Source: Mobula birostris
Taxonomy: Eukaryota
Length of the DNA stretch: 64,000 nt
Assembly (NCBI RefSeq): GCF_030028105.1
Contig: NC_092386.1
Location: 14,687,258 to 14,751,257, forward strand
Reading direction: 5' to 3'
A program made the translations under genes and the position numbers. Below the pieces are notes generated by a model. It was given only the letters and a program-made list of their open reading frames with translations. It did not search any database and was not told the origin of the DNA. Shown here piece by piece: positions 35,590 to 49,216 of the stretch (position 1 is its first letter; the number at the start of each line of letters is the position of its first letter).

Positions 35590-38170
35590 CTAAAGCACAG
35601 TACAGTCCCCACGATGATGTGCCAACCTTTTCAATCTACTCTAAGGTCAACTTAGCCCTTCCTTTCCACATAAACCTCCATTTTTATTTCATTCATGTGC
35701 CTATCTAAGAGTTTCTTAAATTTCTCTAATTTATCTGCTTCTACCAGCACCCTGGCAGTTCCACTGACCCACCGTATTTTTTAAAAAAAGCTTACCTCTG
35801 ACACCTGCCTATACTTTGCTGCAATCACCTTAAATTATGTTCCTTTGTATTAGCCATTTCCACAATGTGAAAACGTCTCTGACTGTGCACCTTATCTATG
35901 CCTAATCATCATGAACACCTCTAACAAATAACCTCTCACCCTCCTTTGCTCCAAAGAAAATAGTCCTAGCTTGCTCAACCATTTCTCATAAGGTATGTTC
36001 TGGTAAATCACAAGATAACCTAGCAAATCTCTTCTGCATCCTCTATAAAGCTTCCACATCCTTCCTATAGTGAGGTGACCTGGACTAATCACCATACTCC
36101 AAGTGAGAAAATAGAATACAACAGCTCAGAAACAAGCTCTTCAGCCCACAATGTTGTGCTGAACCAATTCAATTAAACTGATCCCATCTGCCTCGACAAT
36201 GTCTGTATCCTGCCATTTCCTCACAGTCGTGTACCTATCTAAACACCTCTTAAAAAGTTTCTAATGTATCTGCTATTACCAGTACCCCAGGCAGCACATT
36301 CCAGGCACACGCCACTTTGTAAAAAAAAACTTGCCCTTTACGTCTTCTTTGAAATGATCCCTTCTCACCTTAACTCCCTGCCCTCTGGTATTAGACATGA
36401 CAATACTGGGAAAAAAAGATATTGTCTGTCTATTCTATGCCTCTCATAATCTTGGTAAGCTCCTTTTTCACCCTCTCCAAAGCTTTGGCATCCTTCCTAT
36501 AATGGGGTGACCAGAACTGAATGCAGTACTTCAGGTGCAGCCTAACTAGAGTTTTATAAATCTGCAACATACAGTAACTTCCTGACTTTTGAACTCTCTG
36601 CCTGGACTAATAAAAGCAAGTATGTCATGTGCCTTCTTAACCACCCTATCAACTTGTGTAGACGCTTTCAGGGAGCTATGAACTTGGACCACAAGATCCC
36701 GTTGCACATCCACACTGTCTTGCCCTAAACAGTGTACTGTTTCTTTATATTTGACCTATTCCAAGGTGTAACACTTCAGATTTGGCTGGATTAAACTCTA
36801 TCTGCCATTTCTCTGACCATATTTGCAACTGATCTATATCGCACTATATTCTTTGCCAGTCTTCTACGCTATCCACGACACCACCAATCTTTGTATCATC
36901 TGCAAACTTACTAACCCACCCATCTACATTTTCATCCAGATCATTTATATACATCACGAACAGCAGAGGTCCCAGTCAGATCCCCCCAGAACACCACTAA
37001 TCTCAAACCTCCAACTAGAAAAAAGCCTTCTTGACCACTACCTTCAAACTTCTAAGAGAAAACCAGTTCTGAATCCAAACAGCCAATTCACCATGGATCC
37101 CATGCATCTTAATCTTCTGGATGAGCCTCCCTTGAGGGATCTTGTGAACCACCTTACTGAAGTCCCTGTAGTTAATGTCCACAGCTCTACCTTCATCAAT
37201 CACGCTCATTACCTTGTCAAAAAAACTCTTATCAAATTAGTAAGCCGCGACTTGCCCCATACAAAGCCACGCTGGCTCTCCCTAATTAGGCCATGGTTTT
37301 CCAAATGCTCATAAATCCTATCCCTAAGAATTCTGTCCAGTAGCTTCTCTTATCACTGACGTGAGACTCACTGGTCTAGGGCTTGCAGGATTATCACTTG
37401 TTGAATAATGCAACATTCACTTGTCACCAATCCTCCGCAACCTTGCCTGTAGTAAGAGACGACACAAAGTTATTGGTAAAGGGCCCAGCAATCTCTTCAC
37501 TTGTTCTCGTTTAATAAATTGGGTATATCCCATCAGGCCCCAGGGACTTATCTATCTTAATGCTCTTTCAAAGACCCAACACTACCTCCTCCTTTACCTC
37601 AACATGCCCTATCCTGTATCCTGCATGTCCTTTTCCTTGGTAAATGCTGATGTGAAGTACTCATTAAAACATGCCCAAATCCTCCACATTCAAGCAAACA
37701 TTCCCCTTTATCCTTGAGTGTTCCTACCCTCTCCCTAGTTCAGTGGTCCTACACTCTTGCTTCTGATATTTGTATAGAATCTGTTTAATCTTACTTACCA
37801 AGGATTTTTAATGCCCCTTCCTGGCTTTCCTAGTTACCTTCTTTATTACTGTTCTGGCTTATCAAAAATGATTAAGGGCTTTGATTCTAGTTTTCTAAGA
37901 TTTATGTACTTTCATTTTTCTCCTTGACTAATTTGTCACCTCTCTTTTGATATCCACAGTTCTCTACCTTGCCATCCTTGTCTTTCCTCCTGACTGGAAC
38001 CTACCTTTCCTGTGCTCTGTATAGTTGGTCTTTTTGCACCCTCCACATGTTGGATATGGACTTCCCCAAAAACAGCTGTTTCCAGTTAACTCTCCCTAGT
38101 ATCTGCCGAAAGCTCTTGTAGTTTGCTCTGCTCCAATTTAATACTCTCCTCCAAGGTCCATATTTATCCT
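35590..38170 (-). mobile_element. Old, heavily decayed CR1 LINE fragments
   Basis: ORFs 35892-36095(-), 37015-37209(-) (DEGRAVD...KIKMHGIHGEL) and 38001-38225(-) (GSDHISLIF...LNWSRANY). Confidence 0.8.
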
Positions 38171-40231
38171 TATCTATAGCTGTCCTGAAAATCAAGGAGA
38201 TATGGTCACTTCCCTCACTGTCCACCCACTGAATGGCTGGTCATGTGGCCAGGCTCATTACAGTACAGATATTTGGTCCATGCTGGTTTTCAGGGAATTT
38301 CCATGGGCTCCCCATTGGCTCCTGTTCTCACCCCCCCCCCACCATTTCTTGTCACCCTTTCTCTCTCATGTGCACATTAACGTTCCAACTCGTCCGTTCT
38401 CCTGCTGCCTTTTAACATAAATTGTGATTTTCTATAAACCTACCTAAATGTCTTCGAGATGTGGGAGGAGACGGGACCATCTGGTAGAAACCAATGCCAA
38501 TTTGGGGGGATGTATAAACTCCCATGGCCTGTATCTGAGGACAGGGTCAAGGCCCCAGCAACAACACTAATTGTTCTGCCCCTCACCACCACCTTCCATT
38601 AGGTTGTGTCCAGTTGTATGCATGATTCATTTTGCTAACATCTTTCATGCTAAGCCTTTTTCAGGTGTTTTCTGAGTATCTCCTTGGACAACATCCTATC
38701 AATTCCCAAATTATCCTTCAAATCTATTAATATTACAAACATCAACCGGATTATTAAAAAAAAGATTATATAATGATTAGCTTTATTTGTCACATGTACA
38801 TCAAAACATATATCACTTAGGTCACATAGCTGAAATCAGTTCTGTTAGTATATTTTAAATGTTCTCTTTGCTGAAATTATTGACTTAAACTCTGCATTTA
38901 AATGCTGCAAATCACATGGTTAATCCGGTGTGCAGCAGGTACGTTTGTAAAGTACATTTTCCTTCAAAAGTTTCTACCGATATTTTTTTCTGGCTCCAAC
39001 TATCCTTGCTCCATTCTGTTGCAAACCAAATTCCAATTATTATTGAGATTTGTAAAGAATTTGTTTTATTTCGGGATACAGCACTATAACCGGCCATTCT
39101 GGCCCAGTGAGTCTGTGCCAACCAATTGCACCCATCTGACTGATCTGTATATGTTTGGAATATGGGAGGAAACTGGAGCACCCGGAGGAAACCTGCATGG
39201 GAGAATGTACAAACTCCTCAGAGACAGCGGTGGAATTGAACCTGGGTCGCTGGCGTTGTCAAACTTGTATAGATGTGTGGTGAGACTATATTGACTGACT
39301 ACATCACAGTATGGCATGGAAACACCAATGCCCTTGAACGGTACATCCTGCAATAATTAGTGGATTCAGCCCAGTCCATCACTGGTAGAGCCCTCCCAAC
39401 CATTGAGCACATCTACATAAAATGCAGCATCCATCATCAGGGACCCCCACCTCCCAACGCATGCTCTCTTCTCGCTGCCGCCATCAGGAAGGTGATATAG
39501 GAATCTCAGGATCACACCACCAGGTTCAGGAGCAGTTTTTACCCCTCATACATCAGGCTCTTGAACCAAAGGGGATAACCTCATTGATATGTTCCCACAA
39601 CCAATGGACTCATTTTCAAGGACACTTTATCTCATGTTCGCAATGTTCATTGCTTATTTATTTATTATTATTATTATTTCTTCCTTTTGTATTTGCACAG
39701 TTTGTTGTCTTCCGCAATCTGTTTGAACGTCCAAGTTGGGCGGTATTTCATTTATTCTCTTATGGTTATTATTCTATAGATTTATTGATTATGCCCACAA
39801 AATGAATCTCAGGGTTGTATATGGTGACATAAGTATACTTAGATAATAAAATGTAATTTGAACTTTTAATAGTGTTGAGCTAACCACGATGCCACCACAT
39901 TCTATTCTTTTAAAAGCTGTATTTTACCTTCCCATTAGATCACATTAGTTTTCAATATTCTTGTTATTACATCACAGTTTATTCTTTTAAAAACTGTATT
40001 TATCAAAAAAAAATCCCTTTTGTCAGGTTTGTTCTTTCTTAAAAGCAGGGCAAGGAAACCAACTGTAGACTCCTTGCCCCTGTCCTGGCCAGTACTGGGT
40101 GGTAGAATGTATAATGTAACACATTGAACTTGGAGCAGTCCTCCTCATGGTAGTGCATTGTTTTAAAATTTTGTAACAATTGTGGGATTTTAAATGAACC
40201 CTAACTGACTCTGTTTAAATGTTGTGTGAAG

Positions 40232-40394
40232 GATGGCTCCATCCTGCTGTTAACAGGTGGCTCAGGCACTGGCAAGACGGCTACCATACACGTCCTTGTG
40301 AAGGAGCTGAGCATTCAGCTACAGGAATGGATAAACCCATTATCGCAAGAGAAATTTAAAGCTTGGGATGAATTCGAACACCACTATAACACTG
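40232..40394 (+). CDS. RAD17: RAD17 exon with Walker A: DGSILLLTGGSGTGKTATIHVLVKELSIQLQEWINP...HHYNT(G)
   Basis: 163 nt, TGAAG| ... CTG|GTAAGA. Confidence 0.96.
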
Positions 40395-41620
40395 GTAAGA
40401 GCACATTTCAGAAATGTGAACCCTGTTGTGGATATCATTAATGCCGTCCCTGCCACAACTGTACAGATGCTGGTATTTTATCCACATCTGTCTTGTTGGC
40501 CAGTGGTAGCCACAATGGATGTATGCTGTAAATCTGATGGATGGGTGGAAGATGTTAAAGTATGTTCTAGGTTAAGGAATTTTTAAAATCTCCATAATGA
40601 AGTGTGTAATTCCAAAAACATTTTGTCACTGCATTGGTTCTCTCCTCCTCTAATTTGCTACTTGTCTATTTAACAAACACACACATTTTCCACTGGCTTT
40701 TAAGCTCAGTGTGTTAATGCATTAATGTTGTTAAGTCAGTAACAGTCCTTGATGTGCTCTTCTCATTCAAATGGAAGCCATAAACATTTCATATGCTTAA
40801 GGAATTAAAACAAACTACATTCTATTTCCCCTCTTTTTAAGTAAGAATTGGCTGTGATTGTGCTCTTTGTGCTCCGGGAATATGCTGAAGATAAGTAATA
40901 ATTATCATTGGAAACTTCAGTTCCAAATAACAATGTTTGGGCAAATATATTTGTACTGGTCACACCGGTGTTTGCAGAGACCATTTTGTTTTTTTCAATT
41001 TTGTCTAGAGGGTAAGTGTTAAGAGTGGGTAGGGAAGGAAGGAAGGAAGGCAGATTTCTATTGGTTCAAAGGAGGCGACATAATTTCTTGGTGATTGGAG
41101 GAAAGCATAGGGAGCATGTCAGAGATGGGTTTATTACATAGAGAGTGGTGGATGCATGGAGTGCCCTGCTGGGGTGGTGGTAGAGGCAGATATATTACAG
41201 GCATTGAAGAGGGACTTAGATAGACATATGGACTATAGAAAAAAGGGGGGCTACACAGAAGGGAAGTGTTAGATTGATTCTGGGGTAGGTTAAAAGTGTG
41301 GAACAATATCATGGGCTAAAGGGCTATAACGTTCCATGTTCTATTTTAATGTTGTTTTAACTTGCACACAAACATGTTTGTCAGCTGCATTACCTACTTT
41401 TCACTTCATCCAACTAACAAGCTGGTTCAGATCTTAGTGTTGAAAGTGAGCCAGTAATATTGATATCCAATGATTAATGCTTGCTGCTGATCCCCCACCC
41501 AGCATAAAAATTTCAGAAATCAAAGATTGCATATGGATTGATTGTACGCTTTAGAATTTCTCTATTTTATTTTTGAATAAAATTTGAACTTCCTCTAATC
41601 TGTTCTTTAATTTATTTCAG

Positions 41621-41757
41621 GCTCCAGTTTCCAAGCGTACATGGGCAAGCCACAATCTGTCCAGTTTGAAGAATTTTTGCTACGAGCCAGCAAATATAAA
41701 AAGCTCCAGATGGTGGGAGACGTTCTGCATTTGGACAAGAAACTGATCCTTGTTGAG
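41621..41757 (+). CDS. RAD17: RAD17 exon: (G)SSFQAYMGKPQSVQFEEFLLRASKYKKLQMVGDVLHLDKKLILVE
   Basis: 137 nt, TTTCAG| ... GAG|GTGAGT. Carries the KYxxL motif and the first half of Walker B. Confidence 0.96.
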
Positions 41758-41796
41758 GTGAGTACAGTCTTTTTGAGCTCTATAATTGGTTCCTTG

Positions 41797-42659
41797 TGTT
41801 ACGTACCCCGTAACTGGGTTGCCAAACCAGCAGAAATGGATCACTCAGTTGGAGTCTGGATTACTAGAACTAAGAAAGTTTTATTAAAGAAACAAGCAAC
41901 ACAGTAATCGAAAGGATAATAAATGCAACAGTTCAGCAATAATAAACACACATGTGCACAGAATTAAGATAACAGCATCAATCAAGCTCTATCGTTGTCT
42001 AGGGATAAATGACCAATTTCAAAGTGCCACAAAGTTCAGTCCAATTTAGTAGTTCAGTTCGCAGTAATCGTTGCCATGGCGATGGACAACTTGGGGGGAG
42101 AGAGAGAGAGAGAACGGGAACGACTGATCATTCAGAAACAGCTTCTACTCACAGACCGGCGATAATTGCTCACAAGCAGCCTTTGGGCAGGTCCTTGGTG
42201 ATGTCACCTGAGGTCACCGACTGTGACCCCTCCTCCAGATGCGGTCGATCCTCTGCAGTGAACCCGGCACCCAAGCAAGGGCGGACACACACCGGGTTCC
42301 CGCTGATCGTACCTTTCCACCCTGTGCGTTGTCCAGTACTTCCTACCGACTCGTGAGAGGCGCACTGCTTCCAGGGTCTCGTTACCTCGGGTGTCATGTG
42401 TGTCCTGCCTTAGCGAACCTGTCCCTTTTTATCCCCCTGCTGGGGTATCGCCTGTCCATCACTTCAAACAGTTCAGGGTTCAAAGGGGGAGCCGCTCCAG
42501 ACAGCTTTCTCTCTCTCTCCCCCCCCCCCCCCCAGTCCCTTCATTACACATCTCCAGATGCTGCTCCATTGTTCCTTATCTCTCCTTCCCCTGAGGACAG
42601 GTGGCAGACCAACTGCTGATCTCACAGGATAGCTAACATCTATGTGTATTCTCGTCACA
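41797..42659 (-). mobile_element. Solo LTR, 863 bp, 4-bp TSD CTTG, antisense in a RAD17 intron
   Basis: TGTTAC...GTCACA termini. CTTG at 41793-41796 and 42660-42663. Minus-strand AATAAA near 41880. Related to 2429-3470. Confidence 0.85.
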
Positions 42660-42942
42660 CTTGCAAGAAAACAAACCCTTGGAGCAGTTCACACATGAGA
42701 TTAAACAGTAGGTTGTGTGTTCAGAAAAGTTTGGGCATTTTTGTTTTATTTCTCAGGAAAAGGCCTTTGAAGTACTAATGATTTTTGTAATTGATTCTTT
42801 TAAAGTTCAAATGAATTTTCTTCGTAATATTGAAATCTAAAATAATATTGAAATTTTCAGATATCACAATGTACATGAGAGCCTTCTGTACTTTTAGCTA
42901 AAACTATACATGTTGTCCAATGATAATTCTTCTTCTTCACAG

Positions 42943-42995
42943 GATATCCCTAATCAGTTTTATAGAGAACCCTCTTGTTTGCATGATATCTTACG
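42943..42995 (+). CDS. RAD17: RAD17 exon: DIPNQFYREPSCLHDIL(R)
   Basis: 53 nt, TTCACAG| ... CG|GTAAGT. Completes Walker B (LVE|DIP). Confidence 0.95.
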
Positions 42996-43129
42996 GTAAG
43001 TTTCCTCAGATTTTTATTCAAACTGAAACGAAATGTCATTTATACAATAAGTTATTTCACTGACTGCTTCTGATGAGCCATTTATAAAATTATTGAATGA
43101 CTAAATGGCCTATATTTTACTTTCTTCAG

Positions 43130-45800
43130 CCTCCCTCCCTTCTTAAAGAATGGAGTGACATTTGCAGTTTTCCAGAACCAATCCAGAACCTAGTGATTTT
43201 TGAAAGGTCATTACTAATGCCTCCACAATCTCTTCAGCTACCTCTTTCAGAATGCTGGGTGTAGTCCATCTGGTCCAGGTGACCTATCTCGCTTCAGTCC
43301 TTTCATCTTCCCAGGCAACTTCTCCTTAGTAATAGCAACTGCATTCATTTCTGTCCCCTGACACTCTTGAAGTTCTGGCGTACTAGCAGTGTCTTCTACA
43401 GTGAAGGTTGACGCAAGATACTTATTAAGTCATCTGTCTCTTTTTTTCCCCCCGTTACTACCTTTCCAGTGTCATGTTTCTGCAGCTGATCTCTCATCTC
43501 TCTTTATATATCTCAAAAAAAAACTTTTTGAATCCTCATTTATATATTGGCTAGCTTACCTTCATATTTCATCTTTTCTCTCATTGCTTTTTTTTAGTTG
43601 CATTCTGTTGGTTTTTAAAAGCTTCCGAATCCTCTAGCTTCCCACTAATTTTTGCAATATTATATGTCTTCTCTTTTGCTGTCATGTCGGCCATGGTTAC
43701 ATCTCATCCTCCCTTTAGAATACTTCTTCATCTTTGGGATGTATCTGTCCTGCGCCTTCCAAATTGCTCCCAGAAACTCCAGGCAGTGGAGTTATCATCC
43801 CTGCTAATGTCCTCTTCCAATCAACTTTGGCCAGATCCACTCTCGTGCCTCTGTCATTCCATTTAATCCGCTATAATACTGATACATCTAACTTTACCTT
43901 CTCCCTCTCAAACTGCAGTGGGCATTCTATCATGTTATGATCACTGCCTCCTAAGGGTTCCTTACCTAAGCTCCCTCATCAAATCTAGTTCATTATATAA
44001 CACCCGATCAGAATTGCCTTTCCCCTAGTGGGCCTGATCACAAGCTGTTCTTAAAAAGGCATCTCGTAGGTTACATACAAATTCCCTCTCTTGGGATTCA
44101 GCGCCGACCTGATTTTCCCACTAGACCGGCATATTGAAATCCCCCCATGACTATCGTAACATTTCCCTTTTTACCTGCCTTTTCTATCTCTCAAAGTATT
44201 TGTATCCCATATCCTGGCTGCTGTTTGAAGGCATGTATTTAACTCCCATCAGGGTTTTTTTTTTACCCTTGTAGCTTCTTAACTCTACCCACAAGGATTC
44301 TACATTTTCTAGTCCTATGTCACTTTTTACCTATAGAGCCACCCCACCCCTTCTGCCTACTTGCCTGTCCTTTCAATACAATGTATATATATCCTTCGAT
44401 GTTAACCTCCCAACTATGATCTACTTTCAGCCATGAGTCATTGATGCCCACAACATAATTTCTGCCAATCTCTAACTGCACTACAAGATCACCTACCTTA
44501 TTCTGTATTCTGTGTGCATTCACTATAACACCTTCAGTCCTACATTCAACACATTTCGATGTTACACTTTAACTGATCTCACTGAATGTAATTTTGCCCT
44601 ATCACTTGCCTGTCCTTCCTGACAGTCTCACTATGCACTGCATCTATCAACTGTGCCATCCTCAGCACTACCACTCATTTCGTCCCTCCCCAGCAGCTCT
44701 AGCATACCTCCCTGTGAGGCTGTTGGTCCCCCTTGGGTACGGGTGTAACACATCAATTTGGACAGTTTATACTTTCCCCAGAAGAGACCTTAATAATCCA
44801 GAAATCTGAAACACTGCCCCCCCCCCCACCAATTCCTCAGCCACGCATTCATCTGCCAAATCTTTCTACTCTTACCCTCATTGGCACATGGCACAGACAG
44901 CATTCCAGAGATTACTACCCAGAGAGGTTCTGCTTTTCAGCTCTCTACTCAGCTCCCTATATTCTCTAGGAAGCGGTGCAGTCGACGTTTCAGGCCGAGA
45001 CCCTTCGTCAGGACTAACTGAAGGAAGAGTGAGTAAGGGATCCCTCCCCCTCCTGTCTTCTCCTATCATTTTGGATCTCCCCCTCCCCCTCCAACTTTCA
45101 AATCCCTTACTCACTCTTCCTTCAGTTAGTCCTGACGAAGGGTCTCGGCCTGAAACGTCAACTGCACCTCTTCCTAGAGATGCTGCCTGGCCTGCTGCAT
45201 TCACCAGCAACTTTTATGTGTGTTGCTTGAATTTCCAGTATCTGCAGGATTCCTGTTGTTTCCCTATATTCTCTCTTCAGGACCTCCTCCCTGTCCTTAC
45301 CTATGTCGTTGGTATCAATATGTACCACAACTTCTAGATGTTCACCCTTCTCCCCCCCCCCCCAATTACAATACTGTGGACCTGATCTGAGACATTCCTA
45401 TCCCTGGCAATATACCATCTTGTCCACAGAATCTCCTGTCTGCTGCTCTAACTATGAAATGTCCTATCACTACTGCACTCCTCTTTTACTCCCTCCCCTT
45501 CCCTTCTAAGCCACAGAACCAGACTCAGTGCCAGACACCCATTCCTACAGCTTTCCCTGGTAGGTTGTCATCCCCCACCCCAACGGTATCCAAAGCGGTA
45601 CACTTATTATGGAGGAGTACGGCCGCAGGGGTGATCTGCACGGGCTGCCTTTTACCTTTCACTCTCCATACCGTCACCCAGGTGCTTGCCTCCTGTAACA
45701 TAGAGTGACTACCTCCCTATAACTTCTGTCTGTCATCTCCTCATTCTCCTAAATGAGCTGAAGGTCATCCAGCTGCAGCTGTAGTTCCTTAACACCGCCT
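43130..45800 (-). mobile_element. Decayed CR1 LINE (endonuclease/ORF1 side) interrupted by a Penelope-like insert
   Basis: ORF 44320-44523(-) NAHRIQNKVGDL...VVGINDSWL resembles the APE endonuclease N-terminus. Confidence 0.75.
44968..45260. mobile_element. Penelope-like insertion with inverted 79-bp arms, two hammerhead-like cores and a 14-bp TSD
   Basis: Arms 44963-45041 and 45102-45180 are near-perfect reverse complements. TCCCTATATTCTCT at 44954-44967 and 45261-45274. Confidence 0.8.
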
Positions 45801-45894
45801 CTGGGGGTAATTTTTTAATACGTACTTAAGTGTGGGAAAAAATATAAAGGTATTATATGATGTAAAGTTGAGCACTTGCTGTATTCTTAATTAG

Positions 45895-46020
45895 GAAGTT
45901 TGTTCAGACGGCCAGATGTCCATTGGTGTTCATAATTTCTGACAGCTTCAGTGGAGACAGCAACCAGCGGTTACTCTTCCCTCACGACATCCAAAAGGAA
46001 CTAGGTATCTTCAACATTAG
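45895..46020 (+). CDS. RAD17: RAD17 exon: (R)KFVQTARCPLVFIISDSFSGDSNQRLLFPHDIQKELGIFNI(S); GC donor
   Basis: 126 nt, TTAG| ... TTAG|GCAAGT. Aligns to human RCPLIFIISDSLSGDNNQRLLFP...SNISFNP. Confidence 0.93.
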
Positions 46021-47357
46021 GCAAGTACCAGTTCACTGGTAACTCCGCACATTTGTTTGTGCTCCTTTGATTTTGTCTTTTATAAATATTCTTGAACTAA
46101 GTGATTTTTAAACAGTTAAATATATTTTGAATCTATTACAATTGTATTTCATTTGGAGTTTCAAAATGTACGGATTGTGTAAAAAAAATTTAAATTTTTA
46201 AACTTTGTATCTCTTTAGTGCTGAAATTTTGACAGTATTTTAAAACAGAAGTGATATTTCCGTGCTGTTCATGGGTGACAAATTCATTGCTCCATTTGTA
46301 CCATGAGCAGACTGAACTGGAGAGCGTTTCCCCCGAAATTTGCTTGTCTGTATAGTCCGCTGGTTCCTCAGAAACCATACAAGAGGCATCATTTTTACAT
46401 TTATTAATTAATTAAGGATAAATCCCATTACAAAGTCAGAGAACATTTTGATTGTTTACCCCTGTTTAGATAGTGGTGCACTTTTGAAAGCTGCCTTCCA
46501 AAAATTTATCCAGAAAGGTCATTGTCCACGTGTGGTCTTGACGCAGGTGTCATCAACAAGGAACAAGCATCTGACTCTGATTCTGTCTTCAACCTTGTCA
46601 GAGTATTTGTACTTAACACACAGGTCACTGCTTAAGGGGTTACAGGGGGAAAAAAACTTGAATTATCTGTAGCACTTTATTCTGTACTTTACTATTGTTT
46701 AGCTCTTGTACAACCTCAATGTACTGACAGAACTTTATACTCAGGACGAGGTTGTGGTGCTACTCCAGTCTGTGTGAATCAGATATTTACAATGCAGGTG
46801 GTGTGGCTTAATTAGAAAAAAATTCCATGTTTACATCCAACAAGTGACTTTGATATTCCATAACACTTAAAGGCCGTTGGCAAGCCGGATGTAGCATTAT
46901 TCAGCTGCACAACAATCCTAGGGAAGAAGCTGTTTTTCAGTCTAACTGTCTTGGCTAAAATGTCTCTGTATCTCCTACCAGAAAGCAGGAGATTGAACAG
47001 AGAGTGTCTGGGGCATGATGAAATTATCTATAGATGGCATGCAAAGTAAAGTAGGATGATGGATAATTAATTTGCCACTTGTTCCCTTCCCATACATACA
47101 TAAGCAATACCATGCCAAGAAAGACCACCTCACTTTGCAGAGATGAGAGAAGTTAGTCTCGACAGGTATCAGCCTTGGGGTTTGTATGTCCCTGTGCTTT
47201 ACCTGAATCTGATAAGAAGCAACAAGGAGACTTAAATGGTTTTTTTATTTTGTTACTTAATGACGTTTAATCATTTTACATGCTGAAAGCTAAATTGAAT
47301 TACAAATCAACTTGCTATGGTCTATTATTTAAACCATTCTTTTCCATCTTTTGGTAG

Positions 47358-47427
47358 TTTTAACCCTGTAGCTCCCACGAGCATGCTGAAAGTTCTAAGC
47401 AGAATATCCGCTCAAGAGGCAAGCAAG
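47358..47427 (+). CDS. RAD17: RAD17 exon: (S)FNPVAPTSMLKVLSRISAQEASK
   Basis: 70 nt, GGTAG| ... AAG|GTAAAT. Confidence 0.95.
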
Positions 47428-49104
47428 GTAAATCCTACTTTAATGTAAACAGCTGTGTTTTTCAGCATTTTTATTTAACCAGAGTTTTGGGGTATGTTGT
47501 TGCGATCAGAAGCTTCTGGTAATTGCCAAACTGTCTTTCCTATATCTGATCCTCAGTGACAGCTGTCAACAGACTATAAACATAGTCCCAGTCTCCACAT
47601 GACCTGCAATATGCACTGTACAGCCTGGGGTCACTGCATAATCACAGGAGCTCCCAGTATAATTAGAGTCATAGAGAAGCACAGCAGAGAAACAGGCCCT
47701 TCAGCCCATTAGTCCATGCCAAGCCGTTTAAGCTGCCTATTCTCATTGACCTGCATCGGGACCAGGATTCTGTATGATATATAGAATCATATACTATTGT
47801 TACTGTGCAAATCAGACACAAATGTGATAACATAGAATTAAGAAACATTAATATTTTTGAACTGTATTGTTTCCTATTTTACATTCTCTCACTTTTCAAC
47901 AAAGTAGAAATCAGTTGCCATGGCAAGGTGGAATCTGAATGCCGCCTGTTTTTTCCCCCGCTATTTAAATAACCATTTCATTGCTGATTCTTGTTTTCAT
48001 GAAGATGTCATTCCTGGTAATTGTACTAAACTTCCCTTTCATCATTTTTAACTTGTGTCCCTTGTTTCATTTAGTTGTAGTATCCTGCAGTAAAGATCTG
48101 GACAAACTTTTTCCAAGATATTCTCCTATTTTTTTGTGTATTTTTATAAGATGGCTGTCCCCTTAAGACCGAAGAACCAAAGTTCATTGTCTCCTTATGA
48201 CACATGACTCTCGCTCAGTTACCCAGTGACCTGTGTTCAATTCTGTTGCTGTCTGAAGAAGTTTGTATGTTCTCCCCTGACTCTGTGGGGCTGCTCCAGT
48301 GTCATCCCACGCTTCATAGACGTGCAGGTTGGTAGTGGAACTGGTCACATGGGTGAATTGAGCCTGAAGGGCCTCTTACCATGCTGTATCTCTAAATAAA
48401 TTAATTAGTTAAGTGAAAAATAATTTCCGTAGCAAAACGGTTCTGGATTTCCTGCTGTAAGCATTGTTATGAAAACATTGGAGTAAGTATATCAGTAAGA
48501 ATGACTGACTTGATCATAAATGTAACAAAGATGGGGGGAGGGGAACGTTGACTCGGACCATGAGAGGCCTGCGTCGGGCATTTTCATGCCTTACAAGGCA
48601 CAGATTGGAAGTCTGTGTGGGGCGCCACTCCTCGAACAGAGTAGAGCAAGGTGTGATTAAGTGCTTTGCTCAAGGGCACAAACACGCTGGCATAGCTGAG
48701 GCTCGAACTAGCAACCTTGAGATAACTAGATGAATGCCTCAACCACTTGGCCACATGCCCAACACTAACAAAGATGACTGTGAAGAAAAACTATGGATAC
48801 TGATCCTACAATCAAATTGAAACATATGTACAGAATTTAGTGAAATGTTTGCACTTTCCAACTCAAAGTGATCCGCACAAATCTTTCATTAAGGTAGATT
48901 ATTGGGATTACATTTCACACATACTTTTTAACTCTGTTCAATCATTATTTGGACATGCAAAGTTAGCTCTTTTCAAAGTGTTAATATGCAACTAATGTTA
49001 CAGTTGTAATGCTTGGCCAGCATTTTGGGACCTGTGCAGGGGTGGGCAACCATTCTGTCCATTATGAAATATTAACAGTTTAAAAAAATTATCTTGATAT
49101 GCAG

Positions 49105-49216
49105 AAAGCTGGCAAGTCTGTTGTTCCTGACAAAGCTGTCCTGGAGATGCTGTGCAGGGCCAGCGCAGGAGATATCAGAAGTGCAATAAACAGTCTGCAG
49201 TTTACGTTGGTGAAAG
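49105..49216 (+). CDS. RAD17: RAD17 exon: KAGKSVVPDKAVLEMLCRASAGDIRSAINSLQFTLVK(G)
   Basis: 112 nt, GCAG| ... AAG|GTAATT. Carries the sensor-2 motif GDIRSAINSLQF. Confidence 0.96.

Noticed and set aside
40253-40279. RAD17 Walker A reads GGSGTGKT rather than the human GPPGCGKT
   Set aside because: It still fits GxxGxGKT, so this is ordinary divergence.
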